DNA from: an uncultured delta proteobacterium
GTDB taxonomy: Bacteria; Desulfobacterota; Binatia; Binatales; Binataceae
DNA length: 64,000 bases
Direction of reading: 5' to 3'
NCBI GenBank assembly: GCA_963724765.1
Contig: CAVRVY010000004.1
Coordinates: forward strand, 960,001-1,024,000
Positions 10,052 through 23,352 of this stretch are shown one piece after another; position 1 is the stretch's first letter, and each line of letters opens with the position of its first letter. The translations under genes and the position numbers were made by a program. Under the pieces are notes generated by a model. That model made no database searches. It had not been told where the DNA came from and worked only from the letters and a program-made list of their open reading frames with translations.

Positions 10052-12094
10052 ATGACCGATCGTAAAGCGGCGGCGCTGTGGGACAGCCAGATCGTGAAGG
10101 GCGCGCTGGTTGATTCGCTGCGCAAGTTCAACCCGCGCATCCAGGCCCGCAACCCGGTCATGTTCGTGGTCGAAGTGACCGCGCTCGCAGTGACCGTGAT
10201 CCTGTGCCGCGACTTCTTCCTCGGGCGAGGCGCGCTCGCCGCCTTCGAGTTTCAAATCGCACTATGGCTGTGGTTCACCGTGCTGTTCGCGAACTTCGCC
10301 GAAGCGATGGCCGAGGGGCGCGGCAAGGCGCAGGCCGATAACCTGCGCAAGACCCGCATCGAAACCCAGGCCAAGCTGGTCACTGCCGCAGGCAGCATCG
10401 GATTGGTCGCAGCCACGAAACTCAAACGCGGCGACGTGGTGCTGGTCGAGGCCGGCGACATCATTCCCGGTGACGGCGAAGTTATCGAGGGCATCGCGGC
10501 GGTCAACGAGGCCGCGATAACCGGCGAGTCCGCCCCGGTCATTCGCGAAAGCGGCGGCGACCGCAGCGCCGTTACCGGCGGCACCACGGTCATCTCCGAC
10601 CACATCAAGGTGCGCATCACCGCCAACCCGGGCGAGACCTTCCTCGACCGCATGATCGCGCTGGTCGAAGGCGCGCAGCGCCAGAAGACGCCCAACGAAA
10701 TCGCGCTCAGCATCCTGCTCGCCGGCCTGACGATCATTTTCATGCTGGTGTGCGTGAGCCTGTACCCATACGCGCGTTATGGCGGCACCATGCTCTCGCT
10801 GCCGGTGCTGGTGGCGTTGCTGGTGTGCTTGATTCCCACCACTATCGGCGGGTTGCTCTCGGCCATCGGGATCGCCGGGATGGATCGGCTGGTTCAGCAC
10901 AACGTGCTCGCAATGTCGGGCCGCGCGGTCGAGGCCGCTGGCGACGTCGACACGCTGCTGCTCGACAAGACCGGCACTATCACGCTGGGCAACCGGATGG
11001 CGACCGAATTCCTGCCGGTCCTTGACGTGCGGGTGGAGACGCTCGCCGACGCGGCGCAACTGGCGTCGCTCGCCGACGAAACACCCGAAGGCCGCTCCAT
11101 CGTGGTGCTGGCCAAGCGCGAGTACAACCTGCGCGGCCGCGAGCTGGCGGAGAAGGACGCGCAATTCATCCCCTTCTCGGCACAGACCCGGATGAGCGGC
11201 GTCGACCTCAATGGGCGGCGGATCCGCAAAGGCGCCGGCGACCAGGTGATCAAGTTCGCGCGCGAAGCCGGCGGCCAGGCGCCGGCCGAACTGGCGGGCA
11301 TCATCGAGCGCATCGCGCACAGCGGCGGAACACCGCTGGTGGTCGCCGACAACGCGCAGATCCTCGGCGTGATCCATCTCAAAGACATCATCAAGGAAGG
11401 CATCCGCGAGCGTTTCGCGCGGCTGCGCGCGATGGGGCTGCGCACGGTGATGATCACCGGCGACAATCCGCTGACCGCCGCGGCGATTGCGCACGAGGCC
11501 GGCGTCGACGATTTTCGCGCCGAGGCCACGCCGGAAACCAAGCTCGCGTTGATTCGCGAGGAGCAGGCGCAGGGCAAGCTGGTGGCGATGATCGGCGACG
11601 GCACCAACGACGCGCCGGCGCTGGCCCAGGCCGACGTCGGAATCGCGATGAACGCGGGCACCCAGGCCGCCCGCGAGGCCGGCAACATGGTCGATCTCGA
11701 CTCGAATCCGACCAAGATCATGGAGGTGGTGGAGATCGGCAAGCAACTGTTGATCACCCGTGGCGCGCTGACCACCTTTTCGATCGCCAACGACGTCGCC
11801 AAGTACTTCGCGATCATCCCGGCGATGTTCGTGATCGGCTATCCCGAACTGCAGGCGCTCAACATCATGCATCTGGCCACTCCCGAGAGCGCGATCCTCT
11901 CGGCCGTCATCTTCAACGCGCTGATCATCGTCGCGCTGATTCCGCTGGCCCTGCGCGGCGTCGCCTACCGGCCGCTGGGCGCCGCCGCGATCCTGACCCG
12001 CAACCTGTTCATCTATGGCCTCGGCGGCGTGATCGTGCCGTTCATCGGAATCAAGGTCATCGATCTCTTTGTTACCGCGTTCCATCTCGCGTGA
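10052..12094 (+). CDS. kdpB: K+-transporting P-type ATPase subunit B
   Basis: [38 protein letters not shown]. Confidence 0.98.
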   Translation: MTDRKAAALWDSQIVKGALVDSLRKFNPRIQARNPVMFVVEVTALAVTVILCRDFFLGRGALAAFEFQIALWLWFTVLFANFAEAMAEGRGKAQADNLRKTRIETQAKLVTAAGSIGLVAATKLKRGDVVLVEAGDIIPGDGEVIEGIAAVNEAAITGESAPVIRESGGDRSAVTGGTTVISDHIKVRITANPGETFLDRMIALVEGAQRQKTPNEIALSILLAGLTIIFMLVCVSLYPYARYGGTMLSLPVLVALLVCLIPTTIGGLLSAIGIAGMDRLVQHNVLAMSGRAVEAAGDVDTLLLDKTGTITLGNRMATEFLPVLDVRVETLADAAQLASLADETPEGRSIVVLAKREYNLRGRELAEKDAQFIPFSAQTRMSGVDLNGRRIRKGAGDQVIKFAREAGGQAPAELAGIIERIAHSGGTPLVVADNAQILGVIHLKDIIKEGIRERFARLRAMGLRTVMITGDNPLTAAAIAHEAGVDDFRAEATPETKLALIREEQAQGKLVAMIGDGTNDAPALAQADVGIAMNAGTQAAREAGNMVDLDSNPTKIMEVVEIGKQLLITRGALTTFSIANDVAKYFAIIPAMFVIGYPELQALNIMHLATPESAILSAVIFNALIIVALIPLALRGVAYRPLGAAAILTRNLFIYGLGGVIVPFIGIKVIDLFVTAFHLA

Positions 12095-12107
12095 GGAAGT
12101 GAAATCA

Positions 12108-12692
12108 ATGCGCACGCTCATAACCGCAATCACGATGACCATCGCGCTGACTTTGCTGACCGGAATTGTCTATCCGCTGGTGGTCTGGGGAATCGCGCAG
12201 GTGCTGTTCCCCTGGCAGGCGAACGGGAGCCTGGTGATGCGCGACGGACACGTCGTCGGCGCCGACCTTATCGGACAGAATTTCGCCGCCGCGAAATATT
12301 TTCACCCCCGTCCCTCGGCCGCCGGCGATAAGGGCTACGACGCAAGTAACTCGAGCGGCTCCAACCTCGGCCCCACCAACCGCAAGCTGGTCGATACGAC
12401 CAAGGCCGCGCTGCACAAGGTGCTCGAGGAAAACCCCAGCGCCTCGCCCGCGCAGGTGCCGATGGACCTGGTAACGGCGTCGGGCAGCGGACTGGACCCG
12501 GAAATATCACCGGCGGCGGCGGAGCTCCAGGTGACGCGGGTCGCGAAGGCGCGCGGGCTCAGCGAGGCTGCAGTGCGCGACCTGCTGCATGACAACGAGC
12601 GGGCGCGCTTTGCCGGAATTTTCGGCGAACCGCGCGTCAATGTCCTCGACCTCAACCTGGCCCTGGACCAGAGGGCCACGCCGGCGCGCTGA
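12108..12692 (+). CDS. kdpC: K+-transporting ATPase subunit C
   Basis: QANGSL, YFHPRPSAAG, SGSNLGP, VTASGSGLDPEIS. Confidence 0.97.
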   Translation: MRTLITAITMTIALTLLTGIVYPLVVWGIAQVLFPWQANGSLVMRDGHVVGADLIGQNFAAAKYFHPRPSAAGDKGYDASNSSGSNLGPTNRKLVDTTKAALHKVLEENPSASPAQVPMDLVTASGSGLDPEISPAAAELQVTRVAKARGLSEAAVRDLLHDNERARFAGIFGEPRVNVLDLNLALDQRATPAR

Positions 12693-12728
12693 GACCGGGC
12701 GGCAGCTGGCGTATATACTCTTGCCGGT

Positions 12729-13895
12729 ATGACTGAGGAGCGCCCCGCGCCCGAATCATTTCTCGACCTGGTCGCTGAGCAGCGCAAGGGCCGGCTCAAG
12801 ATCTACGTCGGCGCCGCGGCCGGCGTCGGCAAGACCTGGCGGATGCTCGAAGAGGCGCACGAGCTTCGCGACAAAGGCGTCGACGTGGTGCTCGGCTTCA
12901 TCGAAACGCACGGGCGTGCCGACACCGTGGCCAAGGTGGGAGACCTGGAAGTAGTCCCGCGCCGCAAGCTCGACTACCGCAGCGTGGCGTTGGAAGAGAT
13001 GGACGTCGACGCGATCCTGGCGCGCAAACCCGAACTCGCGGTGGTCGACGAACTCGCGCATACCAATGTCGCCGGCTCCAAGCATGAGAAACGCTACCAG
13101 GACATCGAGGAACTGCTCGCGGCGGGAATCAACGTGATCAGCGCGATGAATATTCAGCACGTCGAGAGCCTCAACCCGATGATGAAGCGGCTGACCGGCG
13201 TGGACGTGCGCGAAACGGTGCCGGACTCTTTTCTCGCCCGCGCCGACCAGATCGTTAACGTCGACGTCACCGTCGAGGCGCTGCGCGAGCGCCTGCGCGA
13301 AGGCAAAATCTATCCGCCGATGCAGATCGAGCATGCGCTGAAAAACTTTTTCAAGCCGGCCAACCTGGCCTCGCTGCGCGAAGTGGCGCTGCGCGAGGTC
13401 GCGCGCGGGCTCAGCCGCCAGCGCGAGGACCGCGAAGCGCTCCAGCGCGAAGGCGGGCGGCGCACGCAGCCGACCGAGCGCGTGATGGTTGGCCTGTCCT
13501 CGAATGCGCACGATCGAGGGATGCTCCTGCGCAAGACCTGCCGTATCGCGGGACAGCTCGGCGCCGACTGGTACGCGGTGCACGTCGAAACGCCGTCCGA
13601 GGCGGTCAGCCGGGTCAGCACCCGCGACTTCGTCAAGCTGCTCGACAACATCAACCTGGCCGGCGACCTCGGCGCCGAAACCGTGTGGCTGAAATCGGAC
13701 GACATCGTCGGCGCATTGCTGGACTTCGCGCGCGAGCACGGAGTCACCAAGATCGTGCTCGGCCGCACGCATCAGCCACTGTGGCGCCGCCTGCTCAAGG
13801 GCGACGTGACCAAACGGTTGCTCACGGCCGCGACCGATTTTGACGTCGAGGTCGTCGGCGGTAACGACTCCGGCGAGGCGGATAAAGAGTCATGA
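12729..13895 (+). CDS. kdpD: stand-alone KdpD N-terminal sensor (KdpD + USP domains; no TM or kinase domain)
   Basis: GRLKIYVGAAAGVGKT, VDELAHTN, NIQHVESLN, then a USP-like region; ends without a transmitter domain. Confidence 0.9.
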   Translation: MTEERPAPESFLDLVAEQRKGRLKIYVGAAAGVGKTWRMLEEAHELRDKGVDVVLGFIETHGRADTVAKVGDLEVVPRRKLDYRSVALEEMDVDAILARKPELAVVDELAHTNVAGSKHEKRYQDIEELLAAGINVISAMNIQHVESLNPMMKRLTGVDVRETVPDSFLARADQIVNVDVTVEALRERLREGKIYPPMQIEHALKNFFKPANLASLREVALREVARGLSRQREDREALQREGGRRTQPTERVMVGLSSNAHDRGMLLRKTCRIAGQLGADWYAVHVETPSEAVSRVSTRDFVKLLDNINLAGDLGAETVWLKSDDIVGALLDFAREHGVTKIVLGRTHQPLWRRLLKGDVTKRLLTAATDFDVEVVGGNDSGEADKES

Positions 13896-15672
13896 GCACG
13901 CCTTCGCTGCGCACGCGCATCCGCAACGTCAGCCTGCTGCTGGTCGTCGTTGTGATAGGACTCGGCCTGTATGCCCTGCCCCGCGTCTATCGGCTCGGCA
14001 CCGCGACTCGCGAGACGCTCCATCGCAACTACATCAGTATCGAGGCGGCGCAGCACATGCACCAGGCGCTGTGGGTCCTGCAGCTGGCCGAGCGCGACGG
14101 CCACGCACGCGATGCGCTCGCGAGTTCCCGCGCTACTTTCATGCACTGGATGGATATCGAGGATCATGACTTTACCGAACTGGGCGAACCCGAACTGGCG
14201 CACGATATCGAGCGCCGCGGCCAGCAACTCTTCGATGAATTAGCGTCCGCGCCGCAGAACGCGCGCCACGATCGCGAATTCGACGAACTGCATGCACGTC
14301 TGAACGATCTGGCCGCGATGAACCAGGCCGCGATGTGGCGTGCGGATAGCCGCGCAGCCGGGCTCGGCAGGCGCCTCACTTACGAATTCGCCGCCGGCCT
14401 CCTCGCCCTGCTGGTCACGGGTGTCGCGCTTTCGTGGGGACTTGGATGGGTCCTGGCGCGGCCGCTCACCGAGCTGGCCGAGCGGCTGCGCGGGCTCAGC
14501 CAGCGCCACACTCAGGTGCGCCTGGGACCGCAGCCGCTGGCCGAGCTGGACGCGGTGGCGCGCGAGTTCAACCAGATGGCCGAGCAGCTCGAGCAGTACG
14601 AAAAGCTCAACGTCGAGCGCCTGCTTTACGAGAAGCGCAAGACCGAGGCGATCATCGAAAGCCTCGAGGACGGCGTAGTGCTGATCGATTCGGCGGGAAT
14701 TGTTACTCATATCAATGAGATCGCCGCGTTGATCATGGACATCGAGCCCACCGAGGCGCTGGGCAGCCCGTTCGACGACCTCAGCAGCAATTCGCCGCAC
14801 TACCGCCGCGTGCGCGACGCGCTGCGCGGACTGCGGCGCGCGGCCCCCGATGGCCCGCGCACCGAGGTGCAACTGCACGTGCGCGGGCGCGACCATTCCT
14901 ACGTACTGAAGCCGATCGCGCTCCATCGCACCGAGGGCGCCGCGCTCGGCACCTTGCTCATCCTGCAGGATGTTACCTATCTGCGCGACCAGGACCGCGC
15001 GCGCAGCAACCTGGTCGAAACACTGTCGCACGAGCTGCGTACCCCGCTCACCTCGCTGGCGCTCTCCGCGCAACTGCTGCAGCGCGAGGAGGCGGGACTG
15101 GACCCGCGGCAGCGCGAGTTTTTGCGCACGATTCTCGAAGAATGCGCGCGGATGAAGCAGCTCACCGACAACCTGCTCAACCTCGCACGCGGCGAACTGG
15201 CCTCGATCTCGCTCGCGCGCGAGCGCCTGGACCTCGCGCGTGTTACCGAGGAAGTCGCGGGACGCTTCCGCCTCCAGGCCGAGGAAAAGCACGTCACGCT
15301 GGAGCGCCACATCGCGGAAGTCCCGCCGGTCAGCGGCGATCCGGTCAAGCTTTCGTGGGTGGTGTCGAACCTGATCGGCAATGCGCTGCGCTATACTCCT
15401 CAAGGTGGGCGGATCGAAGTCATGACCGGATCGTCGGATGACACAGTGCGGCTGGAGATCGCCGACTCCGGCCCAGGCATCGCGCCGGAGCTGCGCGACT
15501 ACGTCTTCGAGCGCTTCGCGCAGTATGGCGACGGTGCGGAGAGAGGATCGGCGGGACTGGGGCTGGCGATCGTCAAGGACATCGTGGTGGCGCATGGCGG
15601 GCGGATTTTCGTGACCGGCAACGTTCCGACGGGCAGCCGTTTCGTGGTCCAGCTGCCGGCCGCGCGGGAGGC

Positions 15673-15676
<4 letters not shown>
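13892..15676 (+). CDS. membrane sensor histidine kinase (KinB-like sensor, HAMP, PAS)
   Basis: 2 TM segments, HAMP, SHELRTPLT H-box, NLIGNALRY, DSGPGI, GLGLAIVK. Confidence 0.95.
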
Positions 15677-17010
<1,334 letters not shown>

Positions 17011-17043
17011 GCGCGCCAGTGCGCCACCACACCGCGGCGCCCG

Positions 17044-17071
17044 GCGGAATGCCGGCTAGCGGAATGCCGGC
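17044..17071. repeat. 13-bp direct repeat across an LLM stop codon
   Basis: gcggaatgccggc-ta-gcggaatgccggc. Confidence 0.6.
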
Positions 17072-18138
17072 ATGACCATCTCCGCGATGTCACGGAAGAC
17101 CTTGCGCTGGTAGTCCGCGGGCGGCAGCATCGCGACCTCTTTGATTCCGGCCTTTTCCAGCTCACGCACGCGATGAATGATCTCTTCGGGCGTGCCAACG
17201 ATACAGACTCCCGCGATCGCTTCAGGCGTGATAAACCGTCGCTCCTCGGGCACCAGGAACGTGCAGTGGCCTTCATGGATCTGGCGGAAGCGCGCGTTCT
17301 CGGGCAAGCTGTAGTTCTTCACCCGCTTCACGTAGTCGTCCCAGATGTTGGCGAAGAACGGCGGAATCAGTTCGTCTTTCTCGCCGCGCTGCTTCCATAT
17401 CTCATAAGCGAAATGGATCGTGCACGCCACCTGCGAGCCGGTCTCGTTGACGACCCGCTCGTCGGTGAGTTTTTCACCGGGCCGCAGCACGCACGCGGTG
17501 GTCAGGCAACTGGTATAAAAATCCGGGCCGATTTTGCGTCCGGCCTCCTTGGCGCCGGCCTCGACCAGTTGCATCGAGCGATGGAAATCCTCGGGACTGC
17601 CAGTCACCGTGATCCATCCGTCGCCGAATTCGCCGGTCGCGCGCAACGCCTTGGGGCCGTTGGCCGCGATATAGATCGGGATGGGATGGTCAAGGTTGAT
17701 GAAGTAGCGGTCGCGATGCAGAAACTTTATCTCGCGCGTCTTGCCCGCGTAGGTATAGTCGACTTCTTTGCCCTGGAGCAGCGTGCGCACCACGCGCAGG
17801 TATTCGCGGAACTCGCGCGGCGGCATCGGGTCCTGCCCCATCACGCGCATCGCGGTATGGCCGGTGCCGATGCCGAGGAAGACCCGGCCGGGCGCGAGCT
17901 GCGCGACGCTGGCGATGGAGTGCGCGGTGACCGGAGCGATCCGGGTCCCGGGAATTGCGACCCCGGTGCCGATCCTGATGCGCTTGGTGTTGACCGCCGC
18001 CAGCGCCAGCGTGGCGTAGCAATCCGACCAGATCATCTGTGAATCGGGAACCCAGGCGGTGTCGTAGCCAAGCTCTTCCGCGTAGCGAATCAGCTCCCAC
18101 TTGTCGATGTGGGTGTCGAACATGATTCCGAATTTCAT
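17056..18138 (-). CDS. LLM-class Mer-like (probably F420-dependent) oxidoreductase
   Basis: AEELGYDTAWVPDS, RIRIGTGV, GRVFLGIGTG, PIYIAANGPKAL. Confidence 0.85.
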   Translation of the reverse strand: MKFGIMFDTHIDKWELIRYAEELGYDTAWVPDSQMIWSDCYATLALAAVNTKRIRIGTGVAIPGTRIAPVTAHSIASVAQLAPGRVFLGIGTGHTAMRVMGQDPMPPREFREYLRVVRTLLQGKEVDYTYAGKTREIKFLHRDRYFINLDHPIPIYIAANGPKALRATGEFGDGWITVTGSPEDFHRSMQLVEAGAKEAGRKIGPDFYTSCLTTACVLRPGEKLTDERVVNETGSQVACTIHFAYEIWKQRGEKDELIPPFFANIWDDYVKRVKNYSLPENARFRQIHEGHCTFLVPEERRFITPEAIAGVCIVGTPEEIIHRVRELEKAGIKEVAMLPPADYQRKVFRDIAEMVMPAFR

Positions 18139-18261
18139 CGACGCACCTCTCTTTCATTTTGTGCGACCGGCAAGAGCCGACCGGCACGAGCCCTATGTAC
18201 AATGTTTCCGCGCAGGCGCAAACCCCGCGGCGCTTCACGAAGGCTCCTGGATGCGGAGGTG

Positions 18262-18858
18262 CTAACGCGGGATCGGCAATCCGGCCTCGATGAGCCGCTG
18301 CTCGAGTATCGGCAGCCGATCGTGGCCCCAAAACGGTTCGCGCTCAAAGAAGAACAAGGGTACGCCGAACACGTTGTCCGCCGCCGCCTCCTCCTGCGCC
18401 GCCGCGTAGGCTCGCGCGCCCTCACCGCTTAAGTATTCGCGGTACTCTGCGACGGAAAGCCCGATGCTCGCGAGCAGCGTGGCAACCGCCTCGGGATTGT
18501 CAGCCTCGAACTCGCGGCGGAAAAACAATTCGTAGACCTTGCGGCTATATTCCAGCAGCAGGCCCTTGGATTCGGCAAACAGGCCGCCGATGAGCGCGGG
18601 AGCCGTATCGTAAACCTTCTGCGGCGCGCGGATCAGAATTCCGCGCGGCTTGGCCCAGCGGCGCGCGTCGAGGTAGGAGTACTTCGCCTTGTAATCGGAA
18701 TAGGCGCTGCGCTGGCCGCGATCCTTGATTCTGAGCTGGAACGGAATCCATCGCACGCGCACGGCGAAGCGCTCCTGGAGCGCGAACGCGGGATCGAAGG
18801 CCAGATACGCGAACGGACTCTTGTAGTCCGAGTACATCTTAACTTCCTTGCGTTCCAC
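18262..18858 (-). CDS. DSBA-like / 2-hydroxychromene-2-carboxylate isomerase (kappa GST) family
   Basis: YSDYKSPFAYL and VFGVPLFFFEREPFWGHDRL; GTG start at 18858 after GGAG. Confidence 0.85.
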   Translation of the reverse strand: MERKEVKMYSDYKSPFAYLAFDPAFALQERFAVRVRWIPFQLRIKDRGQRSAYSDYKAKYSYLDARRWAKPRGILIRAPQKVYDTAPALIGGLFAESKGLLLEYSRKVYELFFRREFEADNPEAVATLLASIGLSVAEYREYLSGEGARAYAAAQEEAAADNVFGVPLFFFEREPFWGHDRLPILEQRLIEAGLPIPR

Positions 18859-18890
18859 GGCAGATCTCCAGTTTCGCTTTTCACTACCTT

Positions 18891-21779
18891 CTACGGTTTC
18901 AGATTGAGCAACTGTGCGAGATGGAGCGGCCGGCGCTTGGGGCAGAAATGATGAATCTGGGTACGGCAGGCAAACCCGTCGGCGACGATCATCGTGTCGG
19001 GCGCACTTTGGCGAACCGCCGGAATCAGTACGCGCTCCGCAATCGCGCGGGAGACGTCGAAGCGGTCGGCGCCGTAACCGAATGGCCCCGCCATCCCGCA
19101 GCATCCGGCATCCGGCGCCTCCACTTTGAGCCCGCCGATCCCGCCCAGGATAGCCATTTCGCCCTTCATCCCGGCGAGCGACTTCTGATGACAATGCCCG
19201 TGCACCAGCGCGCGTCCCTTAAGCGCCGGCGCGGCGAATCCCGGGGCCTCGCGGGAGAGAAACTCGTCGAGCAGCATCGCGCGAGCCGAGAGTGCGGCGG
19301 CGCGCGGGTCGGCGGGAAAGAGACTCGGCAACTCGTCGCGAAATGTGAGCAAACAGCTCGGCTCCAGCCCGACCAGCGCCGCTCCGCGTTCGAGCATCGG
19401 CGCCAGCGCGTCCATCGCCTGCCCCAGACGCCATCGCGCGCGATCGAACATCCCAGCGTCGTACAACGGCCGTCCACAGCATAGATCGCCCGGCGGAATC
19501 ACGACCCTGAAGCCTGCGCGCTCCAGCACCTCGGTCGCCGCGATCGCGACCTCGGGCTCGAAAAAATTGTTGAAGGTATCGGGAAAGAGCACGACCTCGC
19601 GCACGGTCGTATTAGCAGCGCCGCCGCGCCCGTCAATCGCGCCGCTGCGTCGGTCGAACCACGAACGAAACGTCCGCGCCGCGAAACGCGGCAGCTCGCG
19701 AGTGTGATGAACGTGCAGGATGCGCCGCGCGATCGCTCCAAGCCCGGGCGCGTGCGAGAGCGCGTTGGCTAGATGCGGCGCGACGGCGCCGAGGCTGGCG
19801 AGCTCGTGGATACGAGCGAAGAAGCGCACGTCGCGCGGGCGGCGGTTGTAGCGATAGTACTGTGCGAAAAATTCCGCCTTGTATGCCGCCATATCGATCG
19901 CGGCGGGGCACTCGGTCTTGCACGCCTTGCACGAAAGACAAAGTTCAAGTGCTTCTTTAAGTGCCGATTCGGCAAGCCGGCCCTCGAGCAAACCATTGCC
20001 GCTCAGCGCCTCCCACAGCAGATGAGCGCGGCCGCGCGTCGAATGCATCTCCTCGCGCGTCGCCATGTACGACGGGCACATCGTGCCGGCATCGCTCTTG
20101 CGGCATTTGCCGATTCCGACGCATTTGAGCGCGGCGCCCGCAAGTCCGCCCTCGGCGGCGAAATCGAAATGCGTCTCGGCCCGCTCCGGATGATAGGACG
20201 GCGTCACCCGCAGATGGGAATCGAGCGGATGGGGCGCCACGATCACGCCCGGGTTCATCATCGAGTCCGGATCGAAGATGCGCTTGAACTCGGCGAAGGT
20301 CTCGATCATCTCCGCCCCGAACATCCGGGGCAAAAGCTCCGAGCGCGCAAGCCCGTCGCCATGCTCGCCCGAGAGGGAGCCGCCAAACTCGGTCACCAGG
20401 TCGCCAATCTCGAGCATCGCGGCGCGAAACGTCGCAACCCCTTTGGCGGTGGTGAAATCGAAATTCACGCGGCAGTGAACGCAGCCCTCGCCGAAGTGGC
20501 CGTAGTAAGTCGCCGCCGCGAGATTGTGTCCTTCGAGCAGCCGCACGAAGCGGCGCAGATAATCGCCCAGGCGCGCCGGCGGCACCGCGGTGTCCTCTGC
20601 GCCTGGCCAGGTGCGCGGATGGCCCGGGATGAGCGCGCCGGCGCCGAGCCCGGACTCGCGCAGACTCCAAACGGCGCGCTGCTCTGCGGCGGCGAAGAGC
20701 TGCGCGACTCCCGCGCAGGCGCGCACCCGCCGCGCCTCGGTCGTCAGCCGCTCGGCCGCAGCCAGCGCGTCGTCGGCGCTGTCGGCGCCAAGCTCGACGA
20801 GGAGGAACGCGCGTCCGTCGGGCAGCAGGCGCACTGCGTCGAGTCCCTTGGCGCGCGCGAAGTCCGGCAGATGATGGTCGAAGCCCTCGAGCGCCTGCGG
20901 GCGATGCTCCAAAATCCACGGCACCTGGTCGGCGGCGAGGTAGACATCGTCGAAGCCGAGCACCACCAGCGCGAGGCGTCGCGGACGGGGCACCAGCCGC
21001 AGCGTCGCCGCGAGCGTGACCCCGAGCGTCCCTTCCGAGCCGACCAGCGCGCGCGCCAGGTTGCGCCCGCGCTCAGGCAAAAGCTCGTCGAGGTTGTAGC
21101 CGGAGACGCGGCGCGGAATTTTCGGATAACGCCGCCGAATCTCATCAGCCGAGCGCTCTATGAGCGCGCGCGTCGCGGCGTAAATCTCGCCCTCGCGGCT
21201 GCCGCGCACGGCAGCGGCGAAGGCTTCGCCCTCGCCGCTTGCACCGAGCGACAGCCGCGTGCCGTCGTAGAGCGCGACTTCGAGCGCCTCGACGTTGTCC
21301 ACAGTCTTGCCGTGAGCGGCGGAGTGAGCGCCGCACGAATTGTTGCCGATCATCCCGCCGATCGTGCAGCGGTCCTTGGTAGAAGGATCGGGCGCGAAGA
21401 ACATGCCAGCCGGCTCGACCGCCGCGTTGAGCTGGGCCTGCACCACGCCCGGTTCGACCACTGCGAGGCCGCGCTTGGCGTCGATACGGCGAATCGAATT
21501 CATGTACTTGGAGAAATCGAGCACGATCGCCGCGTTGCAGGCCTGGCCGGCAAGCGCGGTGCCGCCGCCGCGCGCGAGAATCGGAAGGCGGTTCTCGCGG
21601 GCCAGCCCGAGCGTGCGCATCACGTCACCCTCGTGGCGCGGAATCACGACCCCCAGCGGGACCTGCCGGTAGACCGAGGCGTCGGCGGCATAGAGCGCGA
21701 GCGAGGCGTTGTCGGCGCGCACCTCGCCGTCGATGGAGCGGCGGAGTTTATCCCATAGCGTGCGCGGCACGGTCATCAT
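18891..21779 (-). CDS. FAD-binding and Fe-S (GlcD/GlcF fusion, YdiJ-like) 2-hydroxyacid dehydrogenase
   Basis: RGGGTALAGQ, GSEGTLG, SGEHGDG, CVGIGKC..MCPS, CLSCKAC..CP, two CCG domains. Confidence 0.9.
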   Translation of the reverse strand: MMTVPRTLWDKLRRSIDGEVRADNASLALYAADASVYRQVPLGVVIPRHEGDVMRTLGLARENRLPILARGGGTALAGQACNAAIVLDFSKYMNSIRRIDAKRGLAVVEPGVVQAQLNAAVEPAGMFFAPDPSTKDRCTIGGMIGNNSCGAHSAAHGKTVDNVEALEVALYDGTRLSLGASGEGEAFAAAVRGSREGEIYAATRALIERSADEIRRRYPKIPRRVSGYNLDELLPERGRNLARALVGSEGTLGVTLAATLRLVPRPRRLALVVLGFDDVYLAADQVPWILEHRPQALEGFDHHLPDFARAKGLDAVRLLPDGRAFLLVELGADSADDALAAAERLTTEARRVRACAGVAQLFAAAEQRAVWSLRESGLGAGALIPGHPRTWPGAEDTAVPPARLGDYLRRFVRLLEGHNLAAATYYGHFGEGCVHCRVNFDFTTAKGVATFRAAMLEIGDLVTEFGGSLSGEHGDGLARSELLPRMFGAEMIETFAEFKRIFDPDSMMNPGVIVAPHPLDSHLRVTPSYHPERAETHFDFAAEGGLAGAALKCVGIGKCRKSDAGTMCPSYMATREEMHSTRGRAHLLWEALSGNGLLEGRLAESALKEALELCLSCKACKTECPAAIDMAAYKAEFFAQYYRYNRRPRDVRFFARIHELASLGAVAPHLANALSHAPGLGAIARRILHVHHTRELPRFAARTFRSWFDRRSGAIDGRGGAANTTVREVVLFPDTFNNFFEPEVAIAATEVLERAGFRVVIPPGDLCCGRPLYDAGMFDRARWRLGQAMDALAPMLERGAALVGLEPSCLLTFRDELPSLFPADPRAAALSARAMLLDEFLSREAPGFAAPALKGRALVHGHCHQKSLAGMKGEMAILGGIGGLKVEAPDAGCCGMAGPFGYGADRFDVSRAIAERVLIPAVRQSAPDTMIVADGFACRTQIHHFCPKRRPLHLAQLLNLKP

Positions 21780-21983
21780 GAAAGAGCGCCGGACCTGCGA
21801 GCCCGCGCCGTCGCAATTGTAGTTGATCGTGCGGGTCGGCAGGTAGCGCGCCGCGCGTGCCGGCGCGAGAGATAGCCTGCGGCCGCCAGCGCCGCTTGGC
21901 GCTCGCGGCCGCACTCACGGATTCGCATCTCGGATCGTCGCGGTTCGGACGCTTCTCGCGACCGGTCCGCGACGCGTCTTTCC

Positions 21984-23027
21984 TCATGCAGCAGGCAGCA
22001 TCACGATCTTGCCGGCCACGGCGTTGGTCTCCATCAGATCTTGCGCGCGGCCGAGTTCCTTGAGCTCCATCGTGCGGTCGATGACCGGCTTGATCAGGCC
22101 GCGCTCCACGAAGCGCATCGCCTCGATCAATTCACCCTTGTTGCCCAGATGCGAGCCGAGGTAATTCTGCTGCTTGTTCCACAGAAGCCGGATGTCCATG
22201 TGAGCGTCAAAGCCGGAAGTGGCGCCGCAGGTTACAATCGTGCCGCCCCACTTCAGACACTGCATCGAAAGCGGCCAGGTTTCGGCCCCGGTATGTTCGA
22301 ACACGATGTCGGCGCGCCGGCCGTCGGTGATACGCCGGACCTCGGCGAAGATGTCATCGCGCATGCGATTGAGCACGAACTCGGCGCCGAGTTTGCGCGC
22401 CAGTTCGAGTTTTTCGTCGCTGGAGGCGATCGCGATCGGCCGCGCATTGAACAGCTTCGCGATCTGGATCGCCATCACGCCCAGCCCGCCGCTCGCACCC
22501 CATACCAGCACGAAGTCTCCCGCCTGCACCCGCGCCCGCGACACCAGCATCCGCCACACCGTGACCAGCACCAGCGGCATCGAGGCCGCCTCTTCCCAGC
22601 TCAGGTTCCTGGGCTTGGCCAGCACGTTAACCGCCGGCAGCTTGCAATACTCGCCGTGCGCGCCGTCGAGTGGACCGGTCTGAAAGCCCCAGATTTTGAA
22701 GTCGTGGCAGAAAAATTCCTCGCCGCGGGTGCAGTAGTAACAGTGACGGCACGCGATGCCGCAATGGACCACCACCTCGTCGCCGATTGCGACGTCGTGC
22801 ACCTCGCTCCCGCGATCGACCACCACTCCAGCCGCGTCCGAGCCCGAGATATGCGGCATCAGAATCTTCATCCCGGGCAATCCGCGGCGCGCCCAGATGT
22901 CATTGAAATTGCAGGCCGAAGCCTTGACCTTGAGTACGACCTCGTTGGGGCCAGGCTTGGGTTCGGCAATATCCTTGTATTGTAAGACTTCTGGACCCCC
23001 GTTGCGCTCGAAAACAATGGCTTTCAT
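21984..23027 (-). CDS. MDR-family Zn-binding dehydrogenase (quinone reductase/Ccr-like)
   Basis: CNFNDIW, GSDAAG (no catalytic GHE), structural-Zn CRHCYYC..C, WGASGGLG. Confidence 0.85.
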   Translation of the reverse strand: MKAIVFERNGGPEVLQYKDIAEPKPGPNEVVLKVKASACNFNDIWARRGLPGMKILMPHISGSDAAGVVVDRGSEVHDVAIGDEVVVHCGIACRHCYYCTRGEEFFCHDFKIWGFQTGPLDGAHGEYCKLPAVNVLAKPRNLSWEEAASMPLVLVTVWRMLVSRARVQAGDFVLVWGASGGLGVMAIQIAKLFNARPIAIASSDEKLELARKLGAEFVLNRMRDDIFAEVRRITDGRRADIVFEHTGAETWPLSMQCLKWGGTIVTCGATSGFDAHMDIRLLWNKQQNYLGSHLGNKGELIEAMRFVERGLIKPVIDRTMELKELGRAQDLMETNAVAGKIVMLPAA

Positions 23028-23352
23028 TAAATTTTCCGTGTTCCGACGTTCCGTGTTTCCTGTGGGCGTCTCTCGCGTGTGCGAGCGTGCGCATTTAGGT
23101 ATATGTTTGAGGCATCCTTAGCAACGGGGAACGCGCTTCGCGCGATCCGCTCCGAGTTCGGTTGACGACCGTTTATCATTCCCGTAAAACCCATCCGCGA
23201 ATCGGGCCAGATTGTGCCGGTCGCTTGCGAAGACTGCCCGCTTTTTTTGCGAGGTCCGTCTCCGGCCGGTCAAATCGCACTGTTGGGCGCGACACTGCGC
23301 GAACCCATTCGCGAACCGATTGCGCTCATCCGTTGCGCCCGCTAGGTGGATC